DNA of 64,000 nt from Camelus dromedarius (lineage: Eukaryota), in assembly GCF_036321535.1 (NCBI RefSeq), contig NC_087437.1:1798001-1862000 (forward strand), read 5' to 3'. The notes below the pieces were generated by a model, which worked only from the letters and a program-made list of their open reading frames with translations, did not search any database and was not told the DNA's origin. The first letter of the stretch is position 1. The number at the start of each line of letters is the position of its first letter. This document shows positions 1-13,912 of this stretch, one piece after another. The position numbers and the translations under genes are program-made.

Positions 1-380
1 CAAAAAGCAATAAAAAGCATTCTAAATGATAAATATGGGTAAATATAAGTTGATTTTTTCTTATATTTCTTTAAAATATAATTGAGAGTTAAAAGCAAAA
101 TTAAAAATGATTGTAGAGCTTATACATATGTAAAAAACATGGGATGGTAATAATAGCATAAAGGGTAGGAAGAAGGAAATAAAAATATACTGCTTTAGTG
201 TATTATCTTTTACATGAAAGGATATACTATTTAAAGATAGACAATAAAGTAAATATGTGTATTGTAAACCTGAGAGCAAAACTTAAAGTGCTTTAATTAA
301 TAAGGCAAAAAAGAACAGAGCAGGTTACAGTTCAAAATTCTGAATCCAAAAGAAGTTAAGGAAAAAGGAAAATTTCTATT
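1..380 (+). mobile_element. Ancient L1 (L1M-type) fragment, ORF1-ORF2 spacer-like region
   Basis: A-rich sequence with motifs like 'aatatgtgtattgtaaacctgagagcaaaacttaaa', recalled as typical of old L1 inter-ORF regions; heavily decayed. Confidence 0.4.
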
Positions 381-913
381 TTGTTCTTTTGAAGTACATA
401 CAATCTGTATTTTTAAAAGACAATTACTCTAATAGTCCAAAGTATTACCATATAGAAAAAGAACAAAGTGAAACATCTAGAGTTATATCATCCCTTGAAA
501 TGTTATATTTTTTACTTGTTTGTTTATATTTATTTACTTATGTTATTACACAAGGCATATAAGAAGTGCTCAATGCTCAATAAATACTAGCTGAATGAAT
601 AAATCAAATGCTTATAAATGGTAGCTCATGCTCTAAATATTTACTTCTTATTATTTTATTTCTTAAAGCAGTACAATCCATTTTCCAAACAAAATCTTAT
701 GTGGAACTACAATCTATATAATGGATAAAAGAAGAAGGACTCTGTTAGAGGTGGGAAGGTAGCCTGCGGCACCTGAGGCCCCTGTCACTTGTCTCCCTCT
801 CACCTGTGGCAGCTCCAATCACATTTCCATGAAACAAAAATGGTCCACAAACCACAATCCAAAACCTTTTATATCATTTTACTGACAACTATGTAATAGT
901 CGGGTTTCTTAAA

Positions 914-2300
914 AGTTTTATTGACATATGTCATATACCATAAAATTTAACTATTTAAAGGGGACAATTTAATGGATTTTAGTAAATTCTCAGAGTTGTG
1001 TCACTATGATAACCTAATTTTAGAATAATCCATCACGCCTAAGAGAAATTTCATTTCCATTAGCAATTAATTCCCATTCCCCAACTCACTCCCAGCCTTA
1101 GGCAACTACTAATATTTCTCTCCATAAAGATTTGCTTGTTCTGGACCTGTTATATAGGTGGAATCAAACAATAAGTGGTCTTTGTGCCTGCACTCTTCAC
1201 TTAGAATAATGTTTTCAAGGTTCTTCCATGTTTCATTCATTGTTACTGCTGAGTAATATTCAAATGTATGGATATACCACATTTCATTTACCAGTTCATT
1301 AGCTCATGGACATTTGGATTGATTCCACTTTGGGGCCATTTTGAATAATGCTTCTAGGAACAAGTGTTGTCACATTTTTTAAATGGATGTACATTTTTTT
1401 ACTTTTATTGGGTACATGTCTAAGAGTGCAATTGCTGGGTTATATGGTAACTGTATCTTTGACATTTTGAAGAACTGCCAAACTGCTTTCCAAAGTGACT
1501 GCCCCATTTTACATTCCCATGAGCAATGCATGAGATTGTTTTTCTTTTGTTTCTTGTGCTTTTAGTGTAATATTTAAGACACTAATACATAACCCAAGGC
1601 CTCAAGATTTACCCCTATGTTTTCTTCTAAAAGTTTTATAGCTTTAGATATAAAAACATTTGAGATCATCTTTATACAGGTATGAGGTAGGGGTCCAAGT
1701 ATTCTTTGAACATGGATATCTAGCTACCTCAGCACAATCTGCTGAAAAGACTTTTTCTCCATTTAATTGTCTTTGCACTTTGGTAAAATCAGTTGACTAT
1801 AACTGTAAGAGCTTATTTCTGGACTTTCAATTTTATTCCATTGATCTATATGACTTTCTTTATGCCAATACCACACTCTCTTGATCACTGCAGCTTTGAA
1901 GTGTTTGAAATTTGAAAGTGTAATCCTCCTACTTTTATTTTCTTTTTCAATATTATTCTAGATCCCTTGTATTTCTATATGAGTTAAGGATCAGTCTGTC
2001 AAATTCTACAACACTGACAAAAAGATTCAGCTGGGATTTTGATATGAATTGTGTTTAATGTGCAGATCAATTTGGGGAATAATGCCATTTTAACAATATT
2101 AAGTCCTCTGATCTATAAATATGTCATGTCTTTCCATTTATTTAGAGCTTCTTTAATTTCTTTTAATAATGTTTTATGATTTTCAGTGTACTAGTCTTGC
2201 ACTTTTAAATTTTTATTTTTAAGTATTTGTCTTTTTAATACTATTGCAAATAAAGCTGTTTTCTTAATTTCATTTGTGAATTGTTCACAGCTATATACTG
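914..2300 (-). mobile_element. Old L1 (L1MB-like) 3' end plus ORF2 C-terminal remnant
   Basis: Antisense L1 hallmarks: 'cacttagaataatgttttcaaggttcttccatg', 'gaagaactgccaaactgctttccaaagtgactgccccattttacattcccat', 'tatgccaataccacactctcttgatcactgcagc'. Confidence 0.8.
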
Positions 2301-3329
2301 TGTTTGAAAAGATTCAATCATCACTGGCTGAAAATGAATATTTTGAAATATTATGAATACTTTAAGCCAAATAATCCAATTCTTCCAAATACAATTGCTA
2401 GATTTCCCAAGTCTTAATGAATATTTTCTTACTCTGTTTCTCCCTAGAGCTGATAAATTCTTAAGAACCTTGTAATTATGTACAATTTAAATATTTCATG
2501 TTAATATTCACTTGCCATTTGCAGAGGAGGACAAGATTGCAGCAAGTATACCACTACTGCCATGTAATTTTAATTAAAAAGAATCCAAAACCTTAGATGA
2601 CACAATGACACTATTATCTAATCCAGTGTACTGAACATAGTACATAATATTAATGATAATGTCAACTATTTAGTTAATTCCAATTCTAAGAACAAAATAT
2701 TTTGTGAACATTAGTTCATTAATCCCTACAATATTGCAATGATTTGATAGAATGAGGATTTAGCATCTTCACCTCAGTTTTATAGCCAAGAAAAGTGTGT
2801 TATAGAACAAATAGTTTGTTCAAGGTCATTTAGAAAATCAGAAGCTGGAGCTGATAAAAGGCCCTTTCATTTGTCAAGAAATACAGGCATATGCTCACAC
2901 AAAATATGTACTGCTGAAAATGTATGTAAAGCCAAATTTTGTATATGCAATCAGGCTTTAAATGTATTAAAGGTACTATTTAAAACAAATCATCTTATGA
3001 AACATTTTTCAAAAAAATATTAAAATTTTATTAAAACAATAAATGTTAAAATTCTGAAACAAGCCCCCATTAATGATCCTTGTACACATCTGAATTTTCA
3101 TTTCATAGTTTTGTTTTAATTGCAGTGACTGAACAGTAATTTTAACATTAACAGATTTAATCCTAGTGACTAAATGACAAAGAGCTTATGTATAAGTGGA
3201 ATTTTTTATTAAAGGTTTTTCAATCACTAGAAATGCAACTGTTATAAAAAAAAACAAAGTTATAAAGAACAAACATCTCTGGTCTAGGACGGCAAAACAA
3301 CAAGCAAGGATAAAGGTAAGTTAAGATAA

Positions 3330-3700
3330 TTACAGAAAAATTCAAATTTCTGAATGTCTGTAAATCAATAGGAAATCATGATACAAACCTTGGAGAACTT
3401 GTCAAAACTAAAAAATATTTTGCAAACATAGTGTCCCGTTACTTTTGAGAACTTGCAGTTAGTTTACACTTGCAAAAAGTTCAAACAACTGCTCTACTTC
3501 AACAAAAATTAAAAGAAGATTATGGTAATTATGGACCAGTAGTATTTACTTCAGTAACAAGGAAGATTACAGAACAAATTAATGAATAAGTTATTTTATA
3601 GTCAACTAGAAAAGTATATTACTGGCTCAACAGAAATGAGCAAGAAAAAACAAATTACTCCAGAACAATGTGCATTAATACTTCATCTACTTAGAATTCT
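3330..3700 (+). mobile_element. CR1/L3 LINE reverse-transcriptase fragment
   Basis: About 3512-3586 translates to KEDYGNYGPVVFTSVTRKITEQINE, matching the CR1 RT motif KEDPGNYRPVSLTSVPGKIMEQI. Confidence 0.65.
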
Positions 3701-3959
3701 GTTACATGAATACATCATGTTTCCAGAATACATCCAAGAACACCAAATAAACAAAGACATGTTTCTGGGTCACCAAAATATATATCCAAAAAAATCCACA
3801 CATTTAAAAAATTTTATGCACAGGCCAGTTCCTTAGGCTGTCATTGAGGATCTAATTGTTATAACTTCAAACAATGCTAATCAGGTTTCCCCCCTGACCC
3901 CCTAGCTTATAGAAAATTGGAAACAGCAAATTAGAGAAAAGGAAAGGAAGAAAAAGTGA

Positions 3960-4375
3960 CAACAACTCAAATCCAAGCAAGAGGTTGAAGTAATCTTCTC
4001 TAGGGAATCTGATCAGTTAAACAGAAACTCTGAAATGACACTAATGTCAAAAGTGACCCAATAACACCTCAAGCAGTTCACCCTGCAATGGAACTCAACA
4101 TGTCCCACTCACAGGAGCAGCACTTTCAGTCAAATTTTTAGCCTACCATTTTGCCTTATAAACACACATCTAGGATTAACAGTCATCTAAGGAAAGACTT
4201 CAACAGAGAAATTAGAAATCAACACAATCATAAAGAAAATAAAAGCAACTTGAGGACAGTAAAGACTGCACAGAGAGAAGATAACTTCCCCCCAAAATCT
4301 ATCATTAAAATTCTCAGAGATATGAAAAAATACTGCATCTAATAAATAAGAACAGGATGCTATAAAAAGGAAAAG

Positions 4376-4410
<35 letters not shown>

Positions 4411-5215
4411 AAACTCTTAAAAATTAACGGCATTATAGCAGGAAAAAAAGAAAGAGTTGGAGAATGAAGTTAAAGAAATCCTCAGAAGAAAGTGAAGCAA
4501 AAAGTCAAAGAAATGCAAATTTGGACAACTAAGAAATAGAGGACAAGTCCAGGAGGTGGAGCATCCAAATAATAGGATTTCCAGAGAGAAAGAACAAGAA
4601 AAAAAAAAAATGAAGGGGAGAAAATCATTAATGAAATTATTCAAGAAAACTTTTCAGAACTGAAGGAAATCAGTTTCTGGGTTAAGTAGACCAATAAGCA
4701 CCCAGTTCAATAGAAAACTGATCTCCACCTAGACATACCATTGTGAAATCTCAAAACATTAGTGAAAAGAGTTCTTGCAAATAGCCTAAGAAAAACCCCA
4801 AGGTCACATCAAAAGATTTAAGAAACAGAATGGTTTTTAACTTCTCAATAGCAACACTGGAAGTGAGAAGACAATGGAGCAATACCTTCATATTACTGAC
4901 AAAAATGATTTCCAATCAAGAATCCTCTATCTTTCAATCTAAGAATGAGGGTAGAATAATGATGTTTTTAGATACATAAAATCTCAGAAAAAATCATCTC
5001 CCATGCAGCTTTATGTCAAAAGATCCTGGACGATGTTTTCCACGAAAACAAGAAAGTAATCTAAAAAAGAGGGAAATGTGAGATACAGGAAGCATGAGAT
5101 CCAGCCCAGAGAAGCAGCAAACGGAACCATCAGAACACAGTGGAGAATGATCCTAGGATCAGAGATGTGCGACAAACACAGAGAGAACTGTTCCAGTTTC
5201 AGGAATGTGACCAAT
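3960..5215 (+). mobile_element. HAL1-like (half-L1, ORF1-derived) element
   Basis: ORF1-like remnants 'gcaacactggaagtgagaagacaatggagcaataccttca...gatttccaatcaagaatcctctat...gagggtagaataa' followed by a HAL1-type tail rather than ORF2. Confidence 0.6.
4376..4410. repeat. (AAC)n microsatellite, about 11-12 units
   Basis: Directly visible trinucleotide run. Confidence 0.95.
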
Positions 5216-5684
5216 GAGATAGTCATGCTGAGGGCTATCACCACAAATCCCTCCCCCATGTCTTTTATTTTCACCACCTTTTCAACCTAAACACAAACTG
5301 CCCAGGTGAGCCTGACCCAGACTCCTTCCTGTACATGGCTTACCCTAACCATTTGTTAATGAAGTTCCTGCTCTATCCCCAACCAATTCTTAACCTGATC
5401 TTTAAGCCTTCATATCCACTGAGGACTTTCTTTTCACTCTATGATGGCTACTTTGTCCTACTTTGGAGAGCTGCGGTGGGCACAGTGAACTCAAAAACAG
5501 AAAACAGAGAAGGAGTCACCCCCTCTTACTGTGTTTCTGCCAGGCATCTGACACGTGACCCCACACCACCCCTGCCAATTTTTCTGACTACAGTAAACTC
5601 TATATTTCCCAGAACTCATTCATGACCTTGGCCACTAACTTCCCCAGAAGGTGCTTTGTAAACTCTCAAGAAAAATGAAGCCCA

Positions 5685-7888
5685 AGCTTCCCATTAAAAT
5701 CTGGGACAAGACAAGGATGCCCACTATCACCACTCCTATTCAACATAGTCTTGGAAGTCCTAGCCACAGCATTCAGGCAAGAGAGAGAAATAAAAGGGAT
5801 CCAAATGGAAAAAGAAGAGGTAAAAGTGACACTATATGCTGAGGACATGTTACTATACATAGAAAACCCTAAAAGGTCCACACACAAAGTAACAGAGCTG
5901 ACTGAAGAATTCAGCAAGGTAGCAGGTTACAAGATTAATGTTCAAAAATCAGTTGCATGTCTTTACACTAATGATGAATCAACAGAAAAAGAAAGTAAAG
6001 AAACAATCCCCTTTAAAATAACACCCAAAGTAATAAAATACCTAGGAATAAATCTAACCAAGGAGGTGAAAGAATTATACACAGAAAACTGTAAGCCACT
6101 GATAAAGGAAATTAAAGAAGAATTTAAAAAATGGAAAGATGTCCCATGCTCTTGGATTGGAAGAATCAATATTGTTAAAATGATCACACTGTCCAAGGCA
6201 ATCTACAGATTTAATGCAATCCCTATCAAATTACCCAGGACATATTTCACAGAAGTAGAACAAATAACCCTAAAATTTATCTGGAACCATCAAAGACCTA
6301 GAACTGCCAAAGAATTACTGAAGAAAAAGAAAAAGGCTGGAGGAGTAACTCTCCCAGACTTCAGACAATACTATAGAGCTACAGTAATCAAGACAGCATG
6401 GTATTGGTACAAAAACAGACATATAGACCAATGAAACAGAATAGAGAGCCCAGAAATGAACCCACAAACTTCCGGTCAACTAATCTTTGACAAAGGAGGC
6501 AAGAATATACAATGGAATAAAGACAGCCTCTTCAGCAAATTGTGTTGGGAAAATTGGACAGCAGCATGTACAGCAATGAAGCTAGAACACTCCCTTACAC
6601 CATACTCAAAAATAAACTCAAAATGGATCAAAGACTTAAACATAAGACAAGATATAATAAACCACCTAGAAGAAAATATGGGCAAAACATTATCTGACAT
6701 ACATGTCGACAACATTCTCCTAGAACAGTCTACTCAAGCAATAGAAACAAAAGCAAGAATAAACAAATGGGATCTAATGAAACTTACAAGCTTCTGCACA
6801 GCAAAGGAAACCATAAGTAAAACAAAAAGACAGCCTACAGAATGGGAGAAAATTTTTGCAAATGAAACCGACAAAGGCTTGATCTCCAGAATATATAAGC
6901 AGCTTATAAGACTTAATGAGAAAAAAAAAAAAACCCAATCCAAAAATGGGCAGAAGACCTAAACAAGCAATTCTCCAAGGAAGACATACAAATGATCAAT
7001 AGTCACATGAAAAAATGTTCAATATCACTAATTATCAGAAAAATGCAAATCAAAACTACAATGAGGTATCACCTCAAACCAGTCAGAATGGCCATCATTC
7101 AAAAATCCACAAATGACAAATGCTGGAGAGGCTGTGGAGAAAAGGGAACCCTCTTGCACTGCTGGTGGGAATGTAGTTTGGTGCAGCCACTGTGGAAAAC
7201 AGTATGGAGATTCCTCAAAAGACTAGGAATAGACTTACCGTATGACCCAGGAATCCCGCTCCTGGGCTTATATCCAGAAGGAACCCTACTTCAAAAAGAC
7301 ACCTGCACCCCAATGTTCATAGCAGCACTATTTACAATAGCCAAGACATGGAAGCAGCCTAAATGTCCATCAACAGATGACTGGATAAAGAAGATGTGGT
7401 ATATTTATACCATGGAATACAATTCAGCCATAAAAACTAACAAAATAACGCCATTTGCAGCAACATGGATGCTCCTGGAGAATGTCATTCTAAGTGAAGT
7501 AAGCCAGAAAGAGAAAAAAAAATACCATATGAGATCGTTCATATGTGGAATCTAAAAAAAAAACAAAAACAAACAAACAAACAAAATAAACAAAACATAA
7601 ATACAAACCAGAAACAGACTCATAGACAGAATACAAACTTGTGGTTGCCAAGGGGGTAGGGGGTGGGAAGGGATAGACTGAGATTTCAAAATGTAGAATA
7701 GATAAACAAGATTACACTGTATAGCACAGGGAAATACATACAAGATCTTATGGTAGCTCACAGAGAAAAAAATGTGACAGTGAATATATATATGTTTATG
7801 TATAATTGAAAAATTGTGCTCTACACTGGAATTTGACACAACATTGTAAAATGATTATAAATCAATAAAAAATGTTTAAAAAGAAAAA
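5685..7888 (+). mobile_element. Young 5'-truncated LINE-1 (ORF2 RT C-terminal part, cysteine-rich domain, 3' UTR, A-tail); non-functional
   Basis: ORFs 5751-6434, 6456-6962 and 6992-7555 are consecutive L1 ORF2p segments ([44 protein letters not shown]). AATAAA at 7864-7869. Perfect 17-bp TSD aagaaaaatgaagccca at 5668-5684 and 7889-7905. In-frame TGA at 6432-6434 and a frameshift at the A-run near 6921-6932. Confidence 0.97.
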
Positions 7889-8378
7889 AAGAAAAATGAA
7901 GCCCAGCTGTGGCCCAGAGACTCAGTTCAGTGTCTCTAATTATGGAGACGACAGCAGCAACACTGCTTTTCCCTTACAAAGCCAGACTGCACAAAAGGTA
8001 CTCAGTTTTCCAAAACAACAACGAATGGTTCTATGCAAAATAGCAATATGGTGGTTAGCCTGTAAAGAAAAGTAAGGAAACAGTATGGGTTTACGACTGA
8101 GGGTGAGGGAGAGGCAAACAACAGGGAAGGAGTCCACAGGCGGCTTCTCATGTACTGACAGTGTAACTTGCTCAGCCTGGAAGTTGATTCCTTAGGTCTT
8201 CATTTTGTTATTATTCTTCAAACCATAATACTCTTCCTCGTGTAGTATATACGGCTCACAATTTAATAAAAAGAGAACAAAAATAGGAAAAAAGGCTAAG
8301 GTATTAAAGAATAACTGGCTAATAAACCCCATTTTAATACAGAAAGTTAGTGCTTTTTTAAAATGACTGAAAAGCTAC

Positions 8379-8511
8379 AATGAATGGAAAACTGCAGCAC
8401 TTTCATAATAAAGGGGCAAAGATGCCTGCAGCAGAGAGCTGGAAAAACAGTGATAAATATCATCAGTCAAAAAATAAAAAATAAAATGTAAAAAGAGTAG
8501 GCATCTTGACA
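8379..8511. repeat. Dispersed direct repeat, copy 1 (~130 bp; partner at 10259-10381)
   Basis: Shares 'ctgcagcactttcataataaaggg', 'ctgcagcagaga', 'agtgataaa.atcatc' and 'aaagagtagg....ttgaca' with copy 2. Confidence 0.9.
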
Positions 8512-10228
8512 AAGTATTTATGCAAGTTAATGTTGTAGATATGACTGTTAATTGTTTAATTAAATCAACACATAAAATTAATTTGAAAAGATGTCCATTA
8601 CTTAAAGAAACAATTTGGTGTTGCACTGGGTACAATCCCAGCAATTCAAAAAATCAGGTTTTCCAAAACAAGTAATCTCAGAGGCATCATGATTACCAGG
8701 AATTGTAGAGATGGAACACTGGACTAAAATTTATTTGTGTTATAGTGTGACAACGCAACATGAGATTGTAAAAAGCAAAGTATAAAACACCTACACTTTA
8801 ATTAAATTTTGGATTTCCACATATTCTTAATTAATCAAGAGCTGACAACAGGTCAGTGGTGTTCATTTCCAAACTGATCTCTACCTATCCTTATGGCCAC
8901 TGGGTCCCCCAACATGCAGGGTCAGAAGTGTCTTTCAGAGGAGCCCAAAAGAGACATCTGGGTTGGAGATAACCATGTGGAAACCCTCAACAAGCAAATA
9001 AAAGATAACGCCTACAAGTGAAACCCAGTACTGAACAGGCAGGTAGACGAAGAAGCAGGCAAAAGGCTGAGCCCCTGCATCAGTGATGCTGGAGCAGAGC
9101 AAGGTGAGAAGAAGGTTTTAGAAGCCAAAAGAGGAAAGAGGTTCAAGAAAGGAAGAAGTAACAGCTATTAATTATAGCTGGAACTTAGTACTGCTAACTA
9201 GTAGTAAATTAAATCTTTTTTTCTCACATAAAATATGCCAGGCAGCATGTTAAGCACTTGACATGAACAATTTCACTTAATTCTCCCAACAATGCTATGC
9301 AATGGGTACTGTCATCACCCCATTTTTTAGACTCAAGAGACTCAGAAAAGTTAGTTAAGGAGCTCAAATCTAGAAAGCTGATCAATAAAGAAGGTGGTTA
9401 TAACACCAAAGTCCACCTATGTTTTCAGCTCTTCCAAAATCTAAAAAGAGACACAAGTTCAAACTATGAGGACATATTCATATACAGTTTATAGAGTATA
9501 AAATTTTTTTTTATAAAAGTTGAATTTTTCAAGGCAAGCCGTGAGTTTTCAAACCCCTAAACCTCACAAAGACAAGAAACAAGGCTTAATTTTACAAATA
9601 AGTCCAAAATAAGTTTCGAGAAAAATCGTTGAAAACTTCAAATTAAATGTAGGCCAATTTAGCCTTAGGGTTTTAAATGACCAACTTTCAGAGGGCTGGT
9701 TTCTTTAAATCAATTATGATCGATATAAACCAGATGGCTGGACTGTCAAACTGGATAGAGCTGTCTGAATGATAAGGCCACTGCATCTGTCACTGGGAGA
9801 TGGGAAAAAGTGTCACATCCAGAAACTCCCTAACCTCACAGCCCATATATTTGAGAAGAGTCCATCAAAGATTAAGCTGTGCAGTGAGGAGATTAGACAG
9901 GGCTACAGCATTTGGCAGGGTTTGTCTGTCAAATTATTGTTTGTATTTTTATTGGGGAGTAAAGAAAGGAAACAAAATCAAAAGCTCTCCACAGCCTAAA
10001 TATCATCTAAGGGGTTTATCAAGGTATGTGATTTTATTCCTTCATCTTTAAACCACTCTTTACTCCATCTTACTACAAACAGTGCAGTCTTAACGGGTGC
10101 CATACTGTGTCTGCTATCAGGAAGGATATTACCATAATTAAATGTTATTTCTGTGAGGATATGTGTGTTACAGGTTGAGACAAGATCATATGTAGTATTA
10201 TATTGCAATTTGCAAAATCATCTCACAC

Positions 10229-10320
10229 CTGCTGCTTCAGAAACTGACTCTGGAATAGCAATGACTGGAAAGCTGCAGCACTTTCATAATAAAGGGCAAT
10301 GATGTCTGCAGCAGAGATCT
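10229..10320 (-). other. Candidate 92-nt exon of an unidentified minus-strand host transcript
   Basis: Minus-strand acceptor gtttatcactcttttcag|AGATC and donor CAG|gtgtga in non-repeat sequence. One frame is open (ISAADIIALYYESAAAFQSLLFQSQFLKQQ) but I do not recognise the peptide. Confidence 0.3.
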
Positions 10321-10381
10321 CTGAAAAGAGTGATAAACATCATCTATCAAAAATAAAACGTAAAGAGTAGGTAGGTTGACA
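10259..10381. repeat. Dispersed direct repeat, copy 2 (partner at 8379-8511)
   Basis: Same orientation as copy 1, about 1.88 kb downstream, colinear with scattered substitutions and small indels. Confidence 0.9.
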
Positions 10382-13300
10382 TTCCCACAAACACTATATT
10401 TACTCACACAAATCTGCAGCCGCAGCCCGTCATGTAAATTTCTATTTCACAATTTCCTCGCTGGGGACGCCTACCTTCAGGGAAAAACAATCTTAAAAAA
10501 TAAAAGAGTAACACTGCACTCATGTAGAGGTAATGTCCTTGCAGGAGCATTTTTCAGGATCTCTCTTTTTAGTTAAGTCATAGATTAAAATAAAGCCTTA
10601 GGTAAGAAGAACTGTCTTGGCTGTTAATACACATTCTTAGCGAGAATTATTTCAACCCTCACTTATTTGTTGTGGACATTTTTCACTGGAAAATGGCATG
10701 GCCGCCAACAATAACTATTTAATTATTTAATTATTCCACGCTGAGAACATAGAGGGATAGAAATACAGATATGGGGATTCAGATTGCTTGGCTGCTTCAC
10801 AACCACAATTAAATCAGGTGACCTCTGAGGAGTCTGGTCATGCACTGCTATGGGAGGTAAAAGGATTTTTATCTTCTAGCTTGTAGAAGAAACTAGCCAA
10901 ATTTAGCTTGAATTTGTATAGCTTCGCTACACTAAATGGATTAACCAATGGCTCATTCTTTCTGCTTTCAGAATGTAACAAATGAACCCAAATTGAGAAG
11001 CAAAATATTCACATTACAGACATTCTTCATAAAATGGAGAAATTTAATGTATGAAAATTCACTGTGTTGAAATTTACTGAGCATAAAATAATGTATTATA
11101 TTTGACCTGAATCCTCACTGTTTTAAATTTTCACCTTCACCATGCAACCTGTTCCCATTAACTCATTTGTTAGTGCAAAACATCATTTTCCCCCATGGAT
11201 TACAAGTAGGAAGCAAAACAAGACAAAGTAGGTACAGACAACCTTTGTCTATAATGCTCAATATACAATATAAAAACTAGGATTTGATACCGTGACAAGT
11301 TACAGAAACTTACAAAGATGATATATGTATGTGTGTGTGTTTGGAAAAAAAACAGAATGATTTTATTCAGAATCTTATAAATAAACTCTGGGACTTACAA
11401 ACACAGCTATGACCATGGGGTCATAACTGACAACAATAATATAACAACAAAATGGCTAGAATGTATACCACATGGTTCCATACCAGACACCATCCTCGAA
11501 GATTCAGATATGCTGCCTTGTTTGTTCCTGCAGCAGTCCCAGGAGGCAGGTAACACATTAGCCCCACTGTAATGAGAAGGAAGCAGGGCTGACAGGGAGG
11601 TTAAACCCACGCAGCTACTTCCTCTGTGCTAGGGCAGGAATTCAGTACCAAGCCATGTGCCTCCAGAGTCAAGCTCTTCATCGCTATTCCCTGGGAAAAG
11701 TTTATCAACAACTTCATTTCACAGTTAAGATCTTATTTGATTTTTACAGTGACAGTCCACTGAGAAAACATGATAACTTTTTCTAATTATGCGCAAAATT
11801 TTCCTGGAATTTACACACAGACATTTTGAGAAGTGTATGTTAATAGACCCATACTAGTCAGAAACGGACGTTAACTCCAGAGACAACAGCGTATCATCTC
11901 CTTTGCTTCGATATTTTAGAAGAGCATCCAGCCAATGAGAACAGCACGTGCAAAGGCACAGAGCTGTGGTGGGACACAGCCCCTGGGGAGACCAAGCTGG
12001 GGCCCGTGGGAAGACAGCAGTGCAGGGAGAAACACACAGGAACCAGAAGACAGGTAAAGGGCTGGTGGTCTTTGTGGCAAGCATGGCAGTATCAGTATCG
12101 TTTTAAAGGGAAGAATTTTGTCCATGTTGTGGGCAGCCTAAACAAAGGGAAAACATTTAGAGCTGTTACTTATTCCAGCTGACGGCAATAGGAAAGGAGA
12201 GAAGGGTCTCTTTGAGAGGACAGTTCTGAGGAAAACATAACGTTGTGATCAACAGGCTATGGATACTAAGAAAAGCACTGAGATTACTCTAAACTTCAAA
12301 CTTGAGATACAGATGGTGGTGTCCTCATTAACCAAGGCAGGAAATGCCCCTGAGTAGCAGAAGTTTAGGGAGACAGAGGGAAGAGAGGGTTTTTTAAAAT
12401 GTCTTTATTACACATTTAAAATCTAGGGAAGCTCCTTTTTCCCACCCAAAGAGTTCATAAATATAAACAGCAGAGCAAGTTATTTTAAAATATCACTGAT
12501 GAATAGGTAAAACATGATATCCACAGACATTAGTCCACCTTCTAACAGGCAGTGCAATCTTTAGACAGTCATATAACCAAGGTTAGTAAGGCTGTCTCAC
12601 CATCCAGAATTTATGGGTTAATTCCTACACTTAACAAAGAGGATAAAATGTATACAGTTCAACAGGGAAAAAAAGCTACTCCCAAAATACACTCCTGGAT
12701 CTGTCCCCAAGTTTTCCACTGGAGCTGATTTAGTTTCTCTGTCCCCCTGGCCCTTGGTGCTTTTGCCATATGTACTACTGTTATTCTCTACCTCTTTTTG
12801 CACAAATGTGTTTGAGTGATAGCAGGTTTCATGCTCTTACAAGAGAAAAGGTCACTGCTCAACATTAACCCATAAGAAATAATGATCTCGAACTTTAGCA
12901 AGTGATTAGGTTGTAGACTGAGAGATAAAGCCACACATGAAACCACAGGACCAAGAAGTGTCCACATGGGGAAAGGAGATGGCCCCACATCACTGCCTGC
13001 ACATGATAAATGTTTACCAAATAAAGCATATGCAGTAATCTGAATTGGGCAGCATGATCTGTGAATGAGGTGATCCAAATAGGTGAACTTTACAAACATT
13101 TGCTCTTATTGTAAACATTAGGTTAAACTTTTAATGACTTCAGTAGTTTTGCCAATATATTATGTCTTCTGTAATAAAGTATATAAAACATAATCCTTTT
13201 CATAAATGTATAATTTCTAACATTTATTTTCTTACTATAACATAATGTTCTGATACCCTTACAAGTTATCATTGGCTCGGAGTTACTCAGCACCACCCTA

Positions 13301-13641
13301 AACATCCCCACACTATGATAATTCCTTCCCTCTCTTCCAAATGTGATACCCCTGTCATTTCTCACAGCTCCATTTAGCACTATCCATCACCTCCCTCCAA
13401 ACTCCTATCTTTAATCTGTACTGTAATTGAATAACATATAACAAGGCTTGTTAAAATCATATATAAAGTAAAAGCAGTGATTCAAGATAGAAGAGCATAA
13501 AGGTCTTCCTTATGCAATAATAACTATTTTGAATGCTGAGAGCAGAAGGAGGTGTTTTCTTTCTCCCAGATCTTTGGAATATATCTGACTCTAAATAAAT
13601 GAGATGAAATTTTACTAAAAACCTACCTTTTCAGAACTCAC

Positions 13642-13912
13642 CTAAGTATGATACAGAAATGGGCTCTTCCAGTGAACAGTCTATACCAAAACTTACTCCT
13701 TGGTCTTCTCTGGCTGTATCAAACCATCAAAGCATCTGATGACTTATGAGATGCTTGAACTGATATTTCTGATTCAAACTGGAAGGTTGGATGAAGGATT
13801 TGTAATGGAACGTTGGTGCCAGTTCAGTCTGGTCATTCCATGTACAGACAGTTTCAGACTGATCTACTATAGCAAATCCAATGTTCCATAAGTCACAGAG
13901 GCTACACCATAA
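13642..13912 (-). other. Candidate non-coding (5'-UTR-type) exon with three alternative donors
   Basis: Acceptor tgatcttcctttctcag| (exon start 13912; weaker alternative at 13778). Donors GGA|gtaagt (end 13697), TAG|gtgagt (end 13642) and AAG|gtaggt (end 13627). Stops occur in all frames of the long form. Confidence 0.45.

Noticed and set aside
5751..7555. Active L1 ORF2 or host protein-coding gene
   Set aside because: 5'-truncated (no promoter, ORF1 or endonuclease), with a nonsense codon, a frameshift and YAED in place of the catalytic motif.
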